The notes: a model not told the origin generated them from the letters alone. Counted from the stretch's first letter, positions 1-9,241 are shown. The stretch is DNA of 33,997 bases from Candidatus Woesearchaeota archaeon (GCA_964354195.1 CAYGYN010000031.1:1-33997), one strand, 5' to 3'. Translations and numbers: made by a program.

Positions 1-2
1 AT

Positions 3-1934
3 TATAATGCCTACAAGAACAATCTTTCGCAGCTTGCCAAGGACTTGAAAGCAGACAATATATTTGAAGAGCTGATTGTAGGGCAGACAGACATATATTA
101 TGGCGGAAATAGGAACACAAATGATAATATAAGAAAAGCGCAGCAGGATTCATGGGATGAAAATGAAAATATAACATACGGGGCGGTTACATATGACATT
201 GGCTTATTGCCCGACAATGTTCATTTCAAGACAGACGCCCAATTGCAGGAATTTGCAGACAGGTGGTGGGCTGCAATAGAGGGGAATTATTACAATGGAA
301 CAAATGGAAGAGGACCAAGAATAGAAAGCGCCGAGTTCAATACAGTCAGTAAAGAACTGAGAATTATTTTTGACAGACCAATTAATTCAACCTCTGGAAC
401 ACAGGGATGGAGAATAGTTGATGGAAGTACAATAATAAATGATTCAAATGTAGTTTCAACAAATGTAATCAATGACACAATCACTTTAACATTGAACAGC
501 ACAATCAGCAGTGGCGCAAATCTTTCGCTTGGAAGCTATGATGATGGGCACAACAAGAATGTGCCGAGAGGAACTGATGAATTCGGGCTTCCTGCTGAGA
601 TGATATTCTCTCATGCAATTGATATTTCTGCGATGAACATGAGCTTTGTTTTCCCAACTCCTGATGACGGCGCCGACATCAGTACAAACTATGTGGAAAT
701 AAACTTGAGCCTTGCATCTTCAAGCTTAAGAAATTTTGTGTTTAACTGGAAAGAAACAAACTACACAATTTATGACAATTCTTCATTGGTTCTGATGATG
801 AACTTTGACAATGTTTCAGCTATTGGAGAAAATGAGACAAAAGCAGTTGATATCTCAAGCTATGAAAACAACGGGACAATTGAAGGAGCTGCATGGACAC
901 CGAGCGGGAAATATGGCAAGGCGATGGAGTTTGACGGGATAAATGATACTGTAAATATCAGCGATTCTGACAGCATTGACTTGGGAACAGGCAATTTCAC
1001 GATAGAGATGTGGATAAAGAGAAACTCAAATAATGAGGAAGGAATTATTGCAAAGACAGACCCTCTTGGAACTATTGAAAGCAGCGCAGGATACGCTCTT
1101 TATCTTGACAGCAGCGGAAAACTGAGATTCTATGCCCAGAGCAGCGAAATAAATGCTGAGAGCAACGGGACAATCTTATCTTCAGATGGATGGACTCATG
1201 TTCTTCTTAAATGCGAAAGATTTGCGAATGGAAGCGGAGAGCACATAAACAATGTGACGTTCTACAAGAATGGAGAGAGCATTGGAAGCGATTACACTGT
1301 TGGCTTGGGCAGCGCGATAAGCAGCAGCTATAACTTAAGAATAGGAAAAAAGCCGTATGACCAGAAGTATTTCAATGGGACAATTGATGAGTTGAGAATT
1401 TACAAGAAAGCTTTCAGCGAAAATGAAATAAAACAGCACGATTATTCCAATCTGTATAAAATAAATTCAAGCAATTGGATGTTCTATGCAAAAGAAGATG
1501 AGCTTGGTTATGGCAGTTACAACTATGCTGCTTTTGCATTGGATTCTGGGAATACGATGGCAACAGAGACTAGAATTCTTGATGTTGTTGACAGCACTCC
1601 GCCGGGAATAAGCATAGTTTCTCCTTCAAACAGGACTTATACTTCTGCATCAGTAAACTTCAACATCTCTTCGGATGAATCTCTTAATGCATGCAAGATG
1701 AGTGTTGATAATTGGGCAACAAATTACACGATGGACCTGAATTCAAGCTCTACAGGGGCAGCATATAACCTTAGCCTGAGTGATGGAAGCTATACAGCAA
1801 GATTCTGGTGCAATGATTCCAGCGGCAACATAAATTCCAGCGAAACTGTCGGCTTTAGCATTGACACAACAATACCAACAATCAAAATAATAAACCACAC
1901 AACAAGAACCCAAAATAAATCTACCAACAATTAA
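3..1934 (+). CDS. Large surface protein, 5'-partial: SGNH/sialate O-acetylesterase-like segment, LamG (concanavalin A-like) domain, Ig-like repeat
   Basis: Frame is open from base 3 (YNAYKNNLSQLAKDLK), so the start lies upstream of the window. DNVHF resembles the SGNH DxxH motif. GKYGKAMEFDG, NFTIEMWIK, WTHV and YFNGTIDELRIY are LamG-like hallmarks. Many NxS/T sequons. Confidence 0.8.
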   Translation, partial: YNAYKNNLSQLAKDLKADNIFEELIVGQTDIYYGGNRNTNDNIRKAQQDSWDENENITYGAVTYDIGLLPDNVHFKTDAQLQEFADRWWAAIEGNYYNGTNGRGPRIESAEFNTVSKELRIIFDRPINSTSGTQGWRIVDGSTIINDSNVVSTNVINDTITLTLNSTISSGANLSLGSYDDGHNKNVPRGTDEFGLPAEMIFSHAIDISAMNMSFVFPTPDDGADISTNYVEINLSLASSSLRNFVFNWKETNYTIYDNSSLVLMMNFDNVSAIGENETKAVDISSYENNGTIEGAAWTPSGKYGKAMEFDGINDTVNISDSDSIDLGTGNFTIEMWIKRNSNNEEGIIAKTDPLGTIESSAGYALYLDSSGKLRFYAQSSEINAESNGTILSSDGWTHVLLKCERFANGSGEHINNVTFYKNGESIGSDYTVGLGSAISSSYNLRIGKKPYDQKYFNGTIDELRIYKKAFSENEIKQHDYSNLYKINSSNWMFYAKEDELGYGSYNYAAFALDSGNTMATETRILDVVDSTPPGISIVSPSNRTYTSASVNFNISSDESLNACKMSVDNWATNYTMDLNSSSTGAAYNLSLSDGSYTARFWCNDSSGNINSSETVGFSIDTTIPTIKIINHTTRTQNKSTNN

Positions 1935-2135
1935 ATAACACTCTTAAGAAAATTAACAAGACCATTTGAGCGGAGCACTGACGACTGGGCAACTAATTAC
2001 ACAATGAGCTTAAACTCAAGCTCTACAGGAGCAACATACAACATAACTTTATCTGATGGGAATTATAATGCAAGATTCTGGTGCAATGATACAACTAATC
2101 AGATAAATGATTTTGAGAGCGTTGGTTTTTCAATA
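1590..2135 (+). repeat. Tandem 273-nt (91-aa) Ig-like domain duplication
   Basis: Unit 1 is 1590-1862 and unit 2 is 1863-2135. Both encode WATNYTMxLNSSSTGAxYNxxLSDGxYxARFWCND...VGFSI, and a further DTTAP domain start follows at 2136. Confidence 0.85.
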
Positions 2136-3383
2136 GACACGACTGCGCCATCAATAACCTCCCCGTCAAAAGGAAGCGTTACAACATTGAGCGCAGGAAC
2201 CAGCACATATACTCTTCAAATTATAACAAATGAAAATGCCACATGCGAATACAGCGCGAGCAATGTTGGATGGGACAATATGAGTTTAATGGATATAACA
2301 GGAGAATTGCAGCATAATCAAACAGTTACAGGATTGCAGAACGGGCAGACTTACACTTATTATTTCTTGTGCGAGGATGATAACAATAACAGAATGAATT
2401 CTTCTCATTATGTCTATATCGCTGTGCAGAGCTCTTCAAATGGCGGAGGAGGCGGTGGCGGTGGCGGAGGAGGCGGAGGAACAGTTGTAACTCCCGCTAA
2501 TAAGACTGTCAAGACAAATGAAACAATAATCTTAGGCATAGCAAAGATTACACTTGGAGAACTCCAAAACTTGGTGGTTAATCCTGGCGAGAGCAAGAAA
2601 CTTTCCCTCTCAATTTTGAACAGCGGCACCAAATTCCTGAATGGCTGCAGAATAAAGAGTTCGGGCAAGCTTGAGAAATGGGTATCTTCAGATGATGTAA
2701 AAAGCCTTAATATCGGAGAGAAAAAGGACTTTATCTTTAACCTTAATGTGCCTAAAGATGCAAACTCTGAAAAATACAACTTAACGCTTTCCTTGTCTTG
2801 TGACGAAATAAGGCAGGCTATACAGCTTGGCATCGAGATAATAAAGAAGAAGCTTGACATAAGCTTAATTGAAGCAAAGAGAGACAAAGACAAATTGAAA
2901 ATTGTTTATTCATTGAGCGAAATGGCGGGGCAGGAACAGAATGTTAGCATTGAGATTTTGCTTGTTGGCACGAGTAACGCCAGAGTTGCCCAGCTTAGCG
3001 AGAAAAAGACAATCGCAGCAAATTCAGAGAAGAAATTTGAGACATCACTGCAACTGCCAAAATCCGCTCAGGGCAATCTTAACCTCCTGATAAATGCAAA
3101 TTCGCCAATAGCCTCTGCATTTGTGCAGCAAGATGTCTTGTTAGAAGGCTCTCGCGTGACTGGTTTTGCCTCTTTCTTGGATAGCGCATCTGCGGCTAAT
3201 TATTTCAATGCTGCGCTGGTTATAACTTTCTTGGTGTTTGCATTCTTTGTGGTAAGGAAAATGCTCAGGACAAAGGGAATGGACAGCAGAAAGAACATAG
3301 TCTCTGCAATTGTCGCTTCAATCCGGGAAAGAAAGCATTATCATCAGGACAAGAATGGCGAGGCAATGATTCTTGCTATTTAA
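2004..3383 (+). CDS. C-terminal part of the same surface protein (Ig-like domains, poly-Gly linker, C-terminal membrane anchor)
   Basis: Same reading frame as 3..1934, separated by one TAA. Begins in the middle of repeat unit 2. TM helix FNAALVITFLVFAFFVV followed by a basic tail. Confidence 0.8.
   Translation: MSLNSSSTGATYNITLSDGNYNARFWCNDTTNQINDFESVGFSIDTTAPSITSPSKGSVTTLSAGTSTYTLQIITNENATCEYSASNVGWDNMSLMDITGELQHNQTVTGLQNGQTYTYYFLCEDDNNNRMNSSHYVYIAVQSSSNGGGGGGGGGGGGGTVVTPANKTVKTNETIILGIAKITLGELQNLVVNPGESKKLSLSILNSGTKFLNGCRIKSSGKLEKWVSSDDVKSLNIGEKKDFIFNLNVPKDANSEKYNLTLSLSCDEIRQAIQLGIEIIKKKLDISLIEAKRDKDKLKIVYSLSEMAGQEQNVSIEILLVGTSNARVAQLSEKKTIAANSEKKFETSLQLPKSAQGNLNLLINANSPIASAFVQQDVLLEGSRVTGFASFLDSASAANYFNAALVITFLVFAFFVVRKMLRTKGMDSRKNIVSAIVASIRERKHYHQDKNGEAMILAI
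2442..2480 (+). repeat. Poly-glycine linker (13 GGN codons)
   Basis: GGC/GGA/GGT run encoding G13. Confidence 0.9.
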
Positions 3384-3394
3384 GAAAATAAATT

Positions 3395-4810
3395 TTAACC
3401 TTTCATAACTGCAAGAGGCACTAATCTTGCAACAAGATTTCCTATTCCTGCCTCATGGGAAACGCGGACAACTTCATCAACATCCTTGTAAACCTCTGGA
3501 GCTTCCTCAACCAAGGCTTTTGAGCTCATTGTTTCCACAAGAATATCTTTCTTTTGCAACTCTGCTCTTACTCCCTCTGAAGTTATCTCTCTTTTTGCCT
3601 TGCTTCTACTTTCAACTCTTCCGGCTCCATGAGCTGTTGAGCCAAAAGTTGTTTCTTCTGCTTTTTTCGTTCCAACAAGAACATAACTTGCTGTTCCCAT
3701 TGAACCTGGAATGAGCACAGGCTGTCCAATTTTTCGATAACTTGCTGGAATTTCCTTTCTTCCAGGACCGAAAGAGCGAGTTGCGCCTTTCCTATGGATG
3801 CAGAGAGTCATTTTCTTGCCATCAACTATGAAATCCTCGATTTTTGCGATATTGTGGCAGACATCATAAACTAATTTTATTTCTGCCTTTGGAAAATGCC
3901 TTTTCAACTGCTCACGAACATGATGCATAATCATCTGGCGATTGCAAAAAGCAAAATTAACAGCGCAGTTCATTGCGCTAAGGTATTTTTGCCCAAGTGG
4001 AGATTTAATTGGCGCGTTTATTAATTCCCTATCAGGAAGATTTGCAAAACCATATTCTTTTTCCATCAGTCTTATGTAATCGCTTGCAACTTGATGTCCC
4101 AAGCCTCTGCTTCCGCAGTGAATCATTAAAGTTACACAATCTTTGTTCAATCCGAACGCAGAGGCTATTTTATCGTCGTAAATTGCATCAATTTTTTCAA
4201 TTTCAAGGAAATGATTGCCTGCTCCAAGTGTTCCAAGCTGCGGCAAGCCTCTTGAGATTGCACGCTGGGAGACATCTGCCGAGTTCGCTGGACTCATTTT
4301 CCCATTCTCTTCTGTATGCTCCAAGTCTTCTTTTATTCCGAAGCCTTGCTTGACAGCCCATTCTGCCCCATTCTTTAAAACTTCAAGCAAATCTTCCCTG
4401 GAATAAGCTTTTCCGCCTCTGCCAACTCCGCTTGGGACTGCCCTAAAGATTGAATGCAAAACCTCGGCTCTTTTTTTCATGAATTCTGAGACTGGAATGT
4501 TTGTTGATAGCAATCTTACGCCGCAATTAATATCATATCCTACTCCGCCAGGAGAGATTATCCCTTTGTCCATATCAAAAGCAGCTACCCCGCCGATTGG
4601 GAAACCGTAGCCTTGGTGTGCGTCCGGGAGGGCAATTGCTTTCTTTACAATTCCGGGAAGCGTTGCAACATTCTGTATTTGTTCAAGACACTTATCTTGT
4701 TTCATGTCAGAAAGAAGTTTCTCGCTTGCATAAACTATTGCAGGAACTTTCATTTTTCCGGACTTTGGAATTTCCCATTCAATCTTTGATATTTTTTTGA
4801 GTTCTGCCAT
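3395..4810 (-). CDS. rtcB: tRNA-splicing ligase RtcB
   Basis: PDAHQGYGFPIGGV, GVGYDINCGVR, GTLGAGNHFLE, HCGSRGLGH, HRKGAT, PGSMG and HGAGR motifs. Likely start is ATG at 4810, just after the archease stop. Confidence 0.97.
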   Translation of the reverse strand: MAELKKISKIEWEIPKSGKMKVPAIVYASEKLLSDMKQDKCLEQIQNVATLPGIVKKAIALPDAHQGYGFPIGGVAAFDMDKGIISPGGVGYDINCGVRLLSTNIPVSEFMKKRAEVLHSIFRAVPSGVGRGGKAYSREDLLEVLKNGAEWAVKQGFGIKEDLEHTEENGKMSPANSADVSQRAISRGLPQLGTLGAGNHFLEIEKIDAIYDDKIASAFGLNKDCVTLMIHCGSRGLGHQVASDYIRLMEKEYGFANLPDRELINAPIKSPLGQKYLSAMNCAVNFAFCNRQMIMHHVREQLKRHFPKAEIKLVYDVCHNIAKIEDFIVDGKKMTLCIHRKGATRSFGPGRKEIPASYRKIGQPVLIPGSMGTASYVLVGTKKAEETTFGSTAHGAGRVESRSKAKREITSEGVRAELQKKDILVETMSSKALVEEAPEVYKDVDEVVRVSHEAGIGNLVARLVPLAVMKG

Positions 4811-4811
4811 A

Positions 4812-5231
4812 TTAGACATCCAGCACAAAGACAATTGTGACCTTATCCTTGGTTTCTTCGATTTTCATCTCGTTGTAGGTTATTGCCTTGACATCGTTCG
4901 TGAAGATATAATTCTTTGTGCTGTCTCCAATGAGATTTGCCTTCAAACTTAACTTCTTGCCTTTCTTTTCTATCTTGACGATTGGAGCTTTGCTAAGCAA
5001 GAAGTTCTGTGCATCAAGAAGATATAAGAATTGTTCAAGGAAATCATATAACAATGATTCATTGTTCTCTGATTCAATCTTGATTTCCTTTTTTATTTTT
5101 GGAGCTACCAGGATTTGCTCTGCTATGACTTCTTTCAATGCGAGAGCTGCTGTTGAGAATGCTCTGTTTAGGGTTTTTTCCTCAACCTGAATCTTTACAT
5201 CTGCTGTATGCGGTAAAAATTTGAAGCCCAT
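4812..5231 (-). CDS. Archease (RtcB cofactor)
   Basis: N-terminal HTADV, C-terminal DVKAITY...VLDV, directly upstream of rtcB. Confidence 0.95.
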   Translation of the reverse strand: MGFKFLPHTADVKIQVEEKTLNRAFSTAALALKEVIAEQILVAPKIKKEIKIESENNESLLYDFLEQFLYLLDAQNFLLSKAPIVKIEKKGKKLSLKANLIGDSTKNYIFTNDVKAITYNEMKIEETKDKVTIVFVLDV

Positions 5232-5252
5232 AAAATCCTTATGAGGGAATAA

Positions 5253-5260
5253 TATATAAA
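5253..5260. promoter_or_regulatory. Bidirectional TATA box shared by archease-rtcB and the metalloprotease gene
   Basis: TATATAAA on + starts 29 nt before ATG 5282. Its reverse complement TTTATATA starts 29 nt before the minus-strand ATG at 5231. Confidence 0.7.
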
Positions 5261-5281
5261 TTAATTCTTTTTCTTGATTGC

Positions 5282-6199
5282 ATGAAATTCATTGAAGTTG
5301 TTGTCTTTCTGATGCTTCTTGGAGCATTGGGGTTTGGAGTCTATGTTCTTTGGCTGAATCTGCCTTTTGAGAATGCAACCTACAAGCCTTTCTCATCCAA
5401 TTTCTCCAGCAATGTTGGGATTCAAAATGAAGGAGGGCAATTCTACCCCAACATGAGATTTCCAGACAAGATTATCAGCTACAGGCTGGAATCTGCCTGC
5501 CCACAGCAGAGGTGGGTGGATGTTGAAAGAGCATTTGCAATAATATCTGAAAAAACTGTGCTCAAGTTTTATCATTCAAGGGATAATCCTGAAATAAAAA
5601 TATTGTGCTCCAAAATAGCACAAATGCCCGGGCAAGAAGGGCATTTTATTGCTGGAGAAGGAGGACCGACTGAGATAATCAACACAACAAACTTTGCAGT
5701 AATTCTGGGAGGAAATGTTTCGCTTTATAGGGAAGAGCAATGTGATGAGCCTAAAATAGCAATTCACGAAATTTTACATGCGCTTGGCTTTGACCATCAT
5801 AATGACTCGAGCAGCATAATGAATCCTATAACTGGCTGCAATCAGGAAATAGACCAATATATAATAGATGACATAAACCGCCTCTACAAAATGGATTCTC
5901 TGCCTGATTTGATAATAGACAGCATAAAGGCTAACAGGACAGGAAGGTACCTCAACTTTGAGATAAATGTATCAAACCAAGGGTTAAAGAAATCAAAAGG
6001 AGCAAATCTTGAGATTTATACCCTGAACAAAAAAATAGGCAATTTTAGTGTAGGAGACTTGGATATGGGAACAAGAAAGATGCTATTTGTTCAGAATGAA
6101 AAACTCGCGGGAGACTCAAGCAAGATTATCTTCCTCCTGAGCTCAAAGGATGAAGGAGAACTAAGCCTTGACAACAACAGGGCTGAAATCTCGTTGTAA
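5282..6199 (+). CDS. Membrane-anchored matrixin-like (metzincin) metalloprotease with C-terminal CARDB-like domain
   Basis: N-terminal TM helix, HEILHALGFDH zinc motif, SIMNP Met-turn, PDLII...NVSNQG...LDNN C-terminal pattern. Confidence 0.88.
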   Translation: MKFIEVVVFLMLLGALGFGVYVLWLNLPFENATYKPFSSNFSSNVGIQNEGGQFYPNMRFPDKIISYRLESACPQQRWVDVERAFAIISEKTVLKFYHSRDNPEIKILCSKIAQMPGQEGHFIAGEGGPTEIINTTNFAVILGGNVSLYREEQCDEPKIAIHEILHALGFDHHNDSSSIMNPITGCNQEIDQYIIDDINRLYKMDSLPDLIIDSIKANRTGRYLNFEINVSNQGLKKSKGANLEIYTLNKKIGNFSVGDLDMGTRKMLFVQNEKLAGDSSKIIFLLSSKDEGELSLDNNRAEISL

Positions 6200-6266
6200 A
6201 AAGAGAATATTTAAATACAAAATTCTATAGGTTTATATAGAAAAATAGACTTAAAAAAGAGCAAAA

Positions 6267-6782
6267 ATGGTAGAAAAAGACCAAATATTGAAGGAGACAA
6301 TGGACCATACCGGGCTGTTTAGTTTCTCAGATTTTTATACATATGCGCACACGTGGCTGAAGGACAATCTTTACGGAGTGAATGAAGAGAGATACGGCGA
6401 GAAAGTCAGCGGGAATGCAAGGGAAATCAACTTTGAGTGGAAAGCAATAAGAAACCTGACAGATTATTTCAGGATAGAGATGATAATAAGGATAACTGTC
6501 AAGGGGCTTGTTGATGTTGAAGTGGAAATTGATGGAAAGAAGAAGAAAATGAACAAAGGGAACATTTCGATGGACTTGAGGGGAAATCTCATCAAAGACC
6601 CAAAGAGCACATGGGATGAAACAAAGCCCATTTACAAGTTTCTTAGAGAGTTATATGATAAATACATAATCCCAAAGAGAATAGTTGCGATGGAAGAGAA
6701 GATTGAATTTGATGCAAGGGCATTCAAAGATGAACTTAAAGCATTTCTAGAGCTGACTGGCCAAAGAGGACCAAATAAATAA
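6267..6782 (+). CDS. Hypothetical protein
   Basis: 171-aa ORF with normal composition and upstream TATA-like boxes; no motif recognised. Confidence 0.75.
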   Translation: MVEKDQILKETMDHTGLFSFSDFYTYAHTWLKDNLYGVNEERYGEKVSGNAREINFEWKAIRNLTDYFRIEMIIRITVKGLVDVEVEIDGKKKKMNKGNISMDLRGNLIKDPKSTWDETKPIYKFLRELYDKYIIPKRIVAMEEKIEFDARAFKDELKAFLELTGQRGPNK

Positions 6783-6835
6783 GGCTTAAAATATATTACA
6801 CAAATCTTTATATATGAAAAAAGAATTCTGAGAAT

Positions 6836-8206
6836 ATGAAGAGATTGCTGATTTTGTCTGCTGTGATTCTTGCCCTGACATTAACACTTGCAAGCGCAGC
6901 TAATCTTGAGGTAAACAAGACAGAAAGAGAGGCAGCAATTCTCTCGGAATTGAAAAATCCCGCAATATTCGATTTTACAATAGACAACAAGGGGGCTCCG
7001 GATAAATTTGAGATTTATTCCCTGGTTGGCGCCTCATTTGAGCCGAAAGGATGGTTTAACTTGTCGAATGGAATCACAAAAATGGAAGTAAGGGTCTACC
7101 CAAGCGAGACAGCGAGAAAAAGGGGAGGAAATTATGCTTTCCAGTATGAGATAAGAGGGGAGAATTCTGGGATAGTTGAGGACATGCTCACTGTAAAGAT
7201 AGTCAAGTTTGATGAGATATTTGATATAGTGACTCGGAGCATAAAATACGGCGACAAGAATGCCGTGGTTACAATCAAGAATAACCAGAATATGAATATA
7301 GACAATGTTACATTGACTTTGAAATCAATTTTCTTCGGGGAAAAGGAGAGAGTTATATCGTTGAAACCTTTTGAGAGCATGAATATCACCCTGCCTGTAA
7401 AGAACGAAGAGATAAAAGACCTTGGTGCGGGAACCTACTTGGTAACTGCTTATTTTGAGCTTGATGATGCAAAAACCAAGATTGAGAAAGCTGTAATCTA
7501 TCTTGAGAAAGAGAACATTGCAGTAAGCAAGGTAAGCGAAGGATGGATAATAAGAACAACTGAGATAACAAAAATAAATGAAGGCAATACAGAAGCCATA
7601 GACACGACAGAAGTAACTAAGAATATGCTTACGAGATTATTTACAACCTTCTCTGTAGAGCCTTTGAGCACAGAGAGAAGGGGAGTATTTGTGCATTACA
7701 GATGGGAGCGGGAACTTAAGCCTTCTGAATCGTGGAGTGTTAAGATAACAACCAATTACACACTGCCATTTGTGCTTGCGTTGCTAGTGATTTTGAGCGC
7801 TTTCTTTGTTTATATTTATTCAAGAACAGCTGTTGTTTTGAGCAAGAGAGTTTATCATGTAAAGACAAAGGGCGGAGAATTCGCGCTAAAGGTCATGCTT
7901 CATGTCAAGGCAAGAAGCAGCGTTGACAACATAGAAATTTATGATAGAATTCCTGGAGCAATGAAGCTATTTGATAAGGCAGGCATGCCTCACAAGATTG
8001 ACGGGATGGGAAGGCTTACATGGAAGATTGACAGACTAAACGCAGGAGAGGACAGAATATTCTCCTACATAATTTACTCACCAATAAGAATAGTCGGCAG
8101 GCTCGAACTCTCGCCTGCAACAGCACATTTCGCGAAGGGCGGCAAGTCCAGTTACGTCTCATCAAACAGGACATATTTCATGTCAGAGATTCATCCGAGA
8201 TTCTGA
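6836..8206 (+). CDS. Hypothetical secreted/membrane protein with beta-sandwich domains
   Basis: Signal peptide, internal TM helix (LPFVLALLVILSAFFVYIY), TTTATATA 29 nt upstream. Confidence 0.8.
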   Translation: MKRLLILSAVILALTLTLASAANLEVNKTEREAAILSELKNPAIFDFTIDNKGAPDKFEIYSLVGASFEPKGWFNLSNGITKMEVRVYPSETARKRGGNYAFQYEIRGENSGIVEDMLTVKIVKFDEIFDIVTRSIKYGDKNAVVTIKNNQNMNIDNVTLTLKSIFFGEKERVISLKPFESMNITLPVKNEEIKDLGAGTYLVTAYFELDDAKTKIEKAVIYLEKENIAVSKVSEGWIIRTTEITKINEGNTEAIDTTEVTKNMLTRLFTTFSVEPLSTERRGVFVHYRWERELKPSESWSVKITTNYTLPFVLALLVILSAFFVYIYSRTAVVLSKRVYHVKTKGGEFALKVMLHVKARSSVDNIEIYDRIPGAMKLFDKAGMPHKIDGMGRLTWKIDRLNAGEDRIFSYIIYSPIRIVGRLELSPATAHFAKGGKSSYVSSNRTYFMSEIHPRF

Positions 8207-8341
8207 TTGTTTTGGATAAACGACTAATAGGTATCAACTTATGACTTATTTGATGGCAGATAATAATTGTTTGTTATTAAAATGGCAAAGAAAGAAGAGG
8301 ATAGAAAGGATTTAAAAATCATAAGAGTTCTATAGTTTTAT

Positions 8342-8521
8342 CCCTCCATAGCTCAGTGGTTTAGAGCGTCTGGCTGTAGACAACAGGTCTAGCGCGGACA
8401 TTCCCGCAGGGGACAATCTCCAGGGAAGAGGATGAAGCGCGATAAGCTACCATTGGTTTCAGGTTATGAAGCGAAAGCGACAGAACCCGGAAGATCCCCA
8501 GTTCGATTCTGGGTGGGGGGA
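8342..8521 (+). tRNA. tRNA-Tyr(GTA) with intron at 37/38
   Basis: Acceptor CCCTCCA/TGGGGGG plus A73 (C1:G72 archaeal Tyr identity), D stem GCTC/GAGC, anticodon stem TCTGG/CCGGA, GTA at 8376-8378, T arm CCCAG-TTCGATT-CTGGG. Exons 8342-8379 and 8486-8521. Confidence 0.93.
8380..8485 (+). other. 106-nt tRNA intron with bulge-helix-bulge motif
   Basis: CTGT (8374-8377) pairs with intron ACAG (8480-8483), flanked by 3-nt bulges AG|A and AA|C. Confidence 0.85.
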
Positions 8522-8572
8522 TTTATACTCCATCATAACAATACTTTTAAACGAAATAGCCAAAGGATATCC

Positions 8573-9241
8573 ATGTTAGTCGATGTGCTTGAAGCAAGCA
8601 GGATAGTCTATCGTCCTATAGCAGAGTTGAATGTGGACAGCCTGCCGAAAATGCTGGTTCAGGATTTTAAGCCCAATGCTGTGTATGTCAATGCGAGAAT
8701 TGCTGAGGGTTCTGGATTAGGAAACGGGTCTTATTTGATTGGCTGTTTTGTTGGGGATGATGTCCAAATTCGCGATGATGCCAAGATATTTGGGTGCAGG
8801 ACAGGCAGCAGAGTCTCGATAGGAGAGCGTTCTTTTATTCAAGAGACAGGTTTTGGGGAGAATGTTCGTTTGGGACATGCTGTTTTCGTTGGACATAGAT
8901 GCGGTTTTGGCAATGGTACGCGGATAGATTCTGCCTCGCATTTCGGAGCAGAGAATAGCTTTGGGGATGATGTATATATTGGTCATTGGAATTTTTTTGG
9001 TGATAATTGCAGATTCGGAAAGAATGCTCAATTTGGAGTCGGAAATATATTCTATGGTCATCCGAGATTCGCTGGCATGCCAGAATTCAGCGACCTCAAA
9101 GACCCCGCTCATAGGTCTGATAGACTATTTGTTATAATGGAAGATTCAACCTGCAATAGAAGAGGTTACAGAAGTAGAGAGGTAGTGACATTAACGCATT
9201 ACTTGACCAGCAGCAGATTCAAATTCTTACGGGGTTTCTAA
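8573..9241 (+). CDS. Left-handed beta-helix (hexapeptide repeat) protein
   Basis: Hexapeptide periodicity (VGDDVQ IRDDAK, FGENVR LGHAVF, FGDDVY IGHWNF FGDNCR FGKNAQ). Start moved to ATG 8573 because the 8432 start lies inside the tRNA gene. Confidence 0.8.
   Translation: MLVDVLEASRIVYRPIAELNVDSLPKMLVQDFKPNAVYVNARIAEGSGLGNGSYLIGCFVGDDVQIRDDAKIFGCRTGSRVSIGERSFIQETGFGENVRLGHAVFVGHRCGFGNGTRIDSASHFGAENSFGDDVYIGHWNFFGDNCRFGKNAQFGVGNIFYGHPRFAGMPEFSDLKDPAHRSDRLFVIMEDSTCNRRGYRSREVVTLTHYLTSSRFKFLRGF

Noticed and set aside
1932-1934. Stop-codon reassignment or readthrough of TAA
   Set aside because: TAA terminates many clear genes here (rtcB, rpl35Ae, rpl10e, ppsA, gltX)
1590-2003. Diversity-generating retroelement template/variable repeat pair
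   Set aside because: Differences between the units occur at many non-adenine positions, and no reverse transcriptase is in the window
2414-2893. Poly-proline minus-strand ORF and other short ORFs nested in long genes
   Set aside because: Shadows of well-supported genes; the poly-Pro run is the reverse complement of the poly-Gly linker
3395-4810. Intein in RtcB (also checked PpsA)
   Set aside because: Both are known intein hosts, but motifs are contiguous and the catalytic regions are of normal length
8380-8485. Intron as a canonical C/D guide, hammerhead or SRP RNA
   Set aside because: No CTGA box D, no CTGANGA hammerhead core and no clear SRP helix 8 motif; kept only as an unassigned structured RNA
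8432-8572. N-terminal extension of the beta-helix ORF
   Set aside because: Lies within the tRNA-Tyr intron and 3' exon; ATG 8573 has its own TATA box
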